Assembly: GCA_963851405.1 (NCBI GenBank)
Contig: CAWKPB010000007.1
Coordinates: forward strand, 268,780 to 332,779
Source of the DNA: an uncultured Actinomycetota bacterium
GTDB taxonomy: Bacteria > Actinomycetota > Actinomycetes > DATJPE01
Length of the DNA stretch: 64,000 nt
Direction of reading: 5' to 3'
Positions within the stretch are counted from its first letter, which is position 1. The number at the start of each line of letters is the position of its first letter. This document shows, one piece after another, positions 62,277-64,000 of the stretch. Made by a program: the position numbers and the translations under genes. A model generated the notes under the pieces. It worked only from the letters and a program-made list of their open reading frames with translations. It did not search any database and was not told the origin of the DNA.

Positions 62277-63692
62277 TCAGGCCGTGCTAGGCCTCCCGGC
62301 GTAGGCCACGCCCAGCCTGAATACGGCCCACCCCACGCCAGTCACGGCGGCTGCGACCAACAGCAGACCAAGATCGGGCGCGAACAGAAGTATCGAACGG
62401 AGTGGCGCGCCGGCCAAGCTTGGGATCAAGACGAGAAAGACCCACGCCGCGGCCAGGGTGGTGAGCAGCGGGAAGAACAAGCTGAACCGACCAAAGCCGC
62501 TCGAGGCCTTGGCACGAACCTCGGTGCGATGCCGCCATGCCCAGACCATGCTGAGCAGATAGACGAGGGGCAGGAGAGCTAACGCGAGGAACAAGGCCTT
62601 CTGGAGCAATCGGGAGTCATCGCCGCTGAAGTCGAGGCCCAGTGCCCTCGCAGTGATGCCCTCGCGGAGCCGGCCCGTTTCCCCGAACCCGAGCCCACTG
62701 CCGGCGTTGACCATCACGACAGCCCCGTTCTTCTCGCCGGGGATGAGCGTCGCGAGCGATTCGAAACCAGGGCTCGCCCCGGCATGCCAGACGGTTCCGT
62801 CGTCTGCCACGTTCCAACCGAAGCCGTAGTTCGGCGATGCCGTATTAGCTGGACGCATCATCGTCGCCTTACCCTCGGCGCTCAGCACATCGTCCTCGCC
62901 GTTCATGATCATCTGCAGATAGAGCGCCAGATCGTTGGCGCTCGCGACAATCCCACCCGCTGGAGCCGTTCCACGGTCGGTGGCGTTGTCCGAGAGCGCT
63001 CGTTTGGTGAAGAACCAGGGCGTGTGCCCGATCGCCATCGATTCATGGACCTCGCCGTCAGTCGCGAAACTGCGCTCCATGCCGACCGGCTCAAGGATGT
63101 TGGTCGCCACATAGGCCTGGTAGCTCTGCTCGCTGACGACTTCGATCAGGCGGCCGAGAATCTCGTAGTTGGCGTTCGAGTACTCCCATCGCTCGCCGGG
63201 CTGATGGGCCAGGTCTTCCACTGCAAGCCGTTCAACGCGGCCCGCAAGCTCGCCCTCCCGACCGTTCCCTTGCACGGTGGAGAAGCCGCTCGTGTGGCTG
63301 AGCAACTGTCGGATCGTGATGGCGCCGGTCGCCTGGCCCGAGAAGACGTCCAGGTATTGGGAGACTCCTGCATCCAGGTCGATCTTTCCCGCCTCGACCA
63401 GTTGCATCACGGCCAGCGCGGTGAAGCTCTTGGAGATCGAACCGATGAGTAAGGGTGTGTCCGGGGTTACGGGCCTGTCAGTTCCGGCCTTGGCAACGCC
63501 ACGCGCACCAACGGTGGTGATCTCACCCACAGTCACGACGGCATAGGCCAGTCCGGGCACACCTGAAGCAGGCATCTCACTGTTGATGACCTCGGCTATC
63601 GCCGCGTCGGGCGCGGCTGCCGGAGCAGCGGCGCCAAGCGCCACGGCAAGGATCGGCAGAAGTCTCCGCGCGGCTCCAGTCCCGAAGGTCAT
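62277..63692 (-). CDS. serine hydrolase of the beta-lactamase/PBP (class C-like) family with C-terminal transmembrane anchor
   Basis: Internal ATG at residue 89 gives a signal peptide MTFGTGAARRLLPILAVALGAAAPAAAP; SISKSF (SxxK) motif; YSNANYEILG (YxN); C-terminal roughly 110 aa contain 3-4 TM helices. Confidence 0.75.
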   Translation of the reverse strand: MTFGTGAARRLLPILAVALGAAAPAAAPDAAIAEVINSEMPASGVPGLAYAVVTVGEITTVGARGVAKAGTDRPVTPDTPLLIGSISKSFTALAVMQLVEAGKIDLDAGVSQYLDVFSGQATGAITIRQLLSHTSGFSTVQGNGREGELAGRVERLAVEDLAHQPGERWEYSNANYEILGRLIEVVSEQSYQAYVATNILEPVGMERSFATDGEVHESMAIGHTPWFFTKRALSDNATDRGTAPAGGIVASANDLALYLQMIMNGEDDVLSAEGKATMMRPANTASPNYGFGWNVADDGTVWHAGASPGFESLATLIPGEKNGAVVMVNAGSGLGFGETGRLREGITARALGLDFSGDDSRLLQKALFLALALLPLVYLLSMVWAWRHRTEVRAKASSGFGRFSLFFPLLTTLAAAWVFLVLIPSLAGAPLRSILLFAPDLGLLLVAAAVTGVGWAVFRLGVAYAGRPSTA

Positions 63693-64000
63693 TCGACCGG
63701 AAGGCGCCGCGTCGTCAGCAGCCAGATCCCTAGCCAGCCTTCTCCGATCATCGATGGCACGGCCACCAGGACGAGGAGCAGCCCGGAAACGGTCGAGTAG
63801 TCGGGAAGGGCCAGGTGGGCGACGGTGTCGACGGCATAGGCGAGGCCGGCGAACGCGAGGACGTAGCCCATGGCTCGTGGTGCGAAGCCCGAGCGGGCGA
63901 CGAGCACCCCGAGCAGCACGAGGTGGACAGCGAACAAGCACAACCCCAGCTGCCACGTGGTTTCGAAGGCCTCGATGGCTTGCATCGTCTGCGCCGCCTG
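63689..64000 (-). CDS. small integral membrane protein (hypothetical), possibly running off the window end
   Basis: Hydrophobic 98+ aa ORF whose stop overlaps the downstream hydrolase start (ATGA); no stop between 63985 and the window edge in this frame. Confidence 0.4.
   Translation of the reverse strand, partial: QAAQTMQAIEAFETTWQLGLCLFAVHLVLLGVLVARSGFAPRAMGYVLAFAGLAYAVDTVAHLALPDYSTVSGLLLVLVAVPSMIGEGWLGIWLLTTRRLPVE

Overview
This is a 64 kb segment of a high-GC (about 70%) actinobacterial chromosome, densely coding on both strands. Most of it is conserved core synteny. From the start: nhaA (partial), acs, a HAD-IB hydrolase, then a complete Tad/Flp pilus locus (CpaE-like, TadA, TadB, TadC, Flp-like prepilin, two TadE-like genes) next to a large DEAH-box helicase. 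This is the arrangement known in Actinobacteria as the 'helicase/secretion neighbourhood'. It is followed by an anti-sigma antagonist/RsbW-like pair, the membrane H+-pyrophosphatase hppA, topA, a two-component system, tmk, holB, ppa, dacB, a zinc metalloprotease, tilS, hpt, ftsH and a translationally coupled folE-folP-folB-folK-DUF3180 operon. Accessory content is interspersed between these blocks. There is an ApbE (FAD:protein FMN transferase) module with a ferric-reductase-like haem membrane protein, a NuoF-like flavoprotein and a small ferredoxin. Near it are secreted low-complexity proteins, one with an Asp/His repeat tail, and a DM13-domain protein beside tRNA-Thr(CGT). A Liv-type ABC transporter locus has an intact fused permease/ATPase gene, but its livF and substrate-binding genes are broken by multiple frameshifts. 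Further accessory genes are two tandem secreted proteins with neocarzinostatin-like domains (followed by a terminator-like hairpin pair), a MacB/FtsX exporter with a TetR regulator, an M1 aminopeptidase, a 1317-aa secreted Ig-like/PKD repeat protein, a RipA-like NlpC/P60 hydrolase, an HNH/DUF222 (REP13E12-like) selfish element after the fol operon, and a terminal hydrolase cluster. No CRISPR array, rRNA, integrase or transposase was seen. All calls rest on by-eye motif recognition and the supplied ORF track. Start codons were chosen by frame arithmetic from the ORF track and are uncertain in several places.
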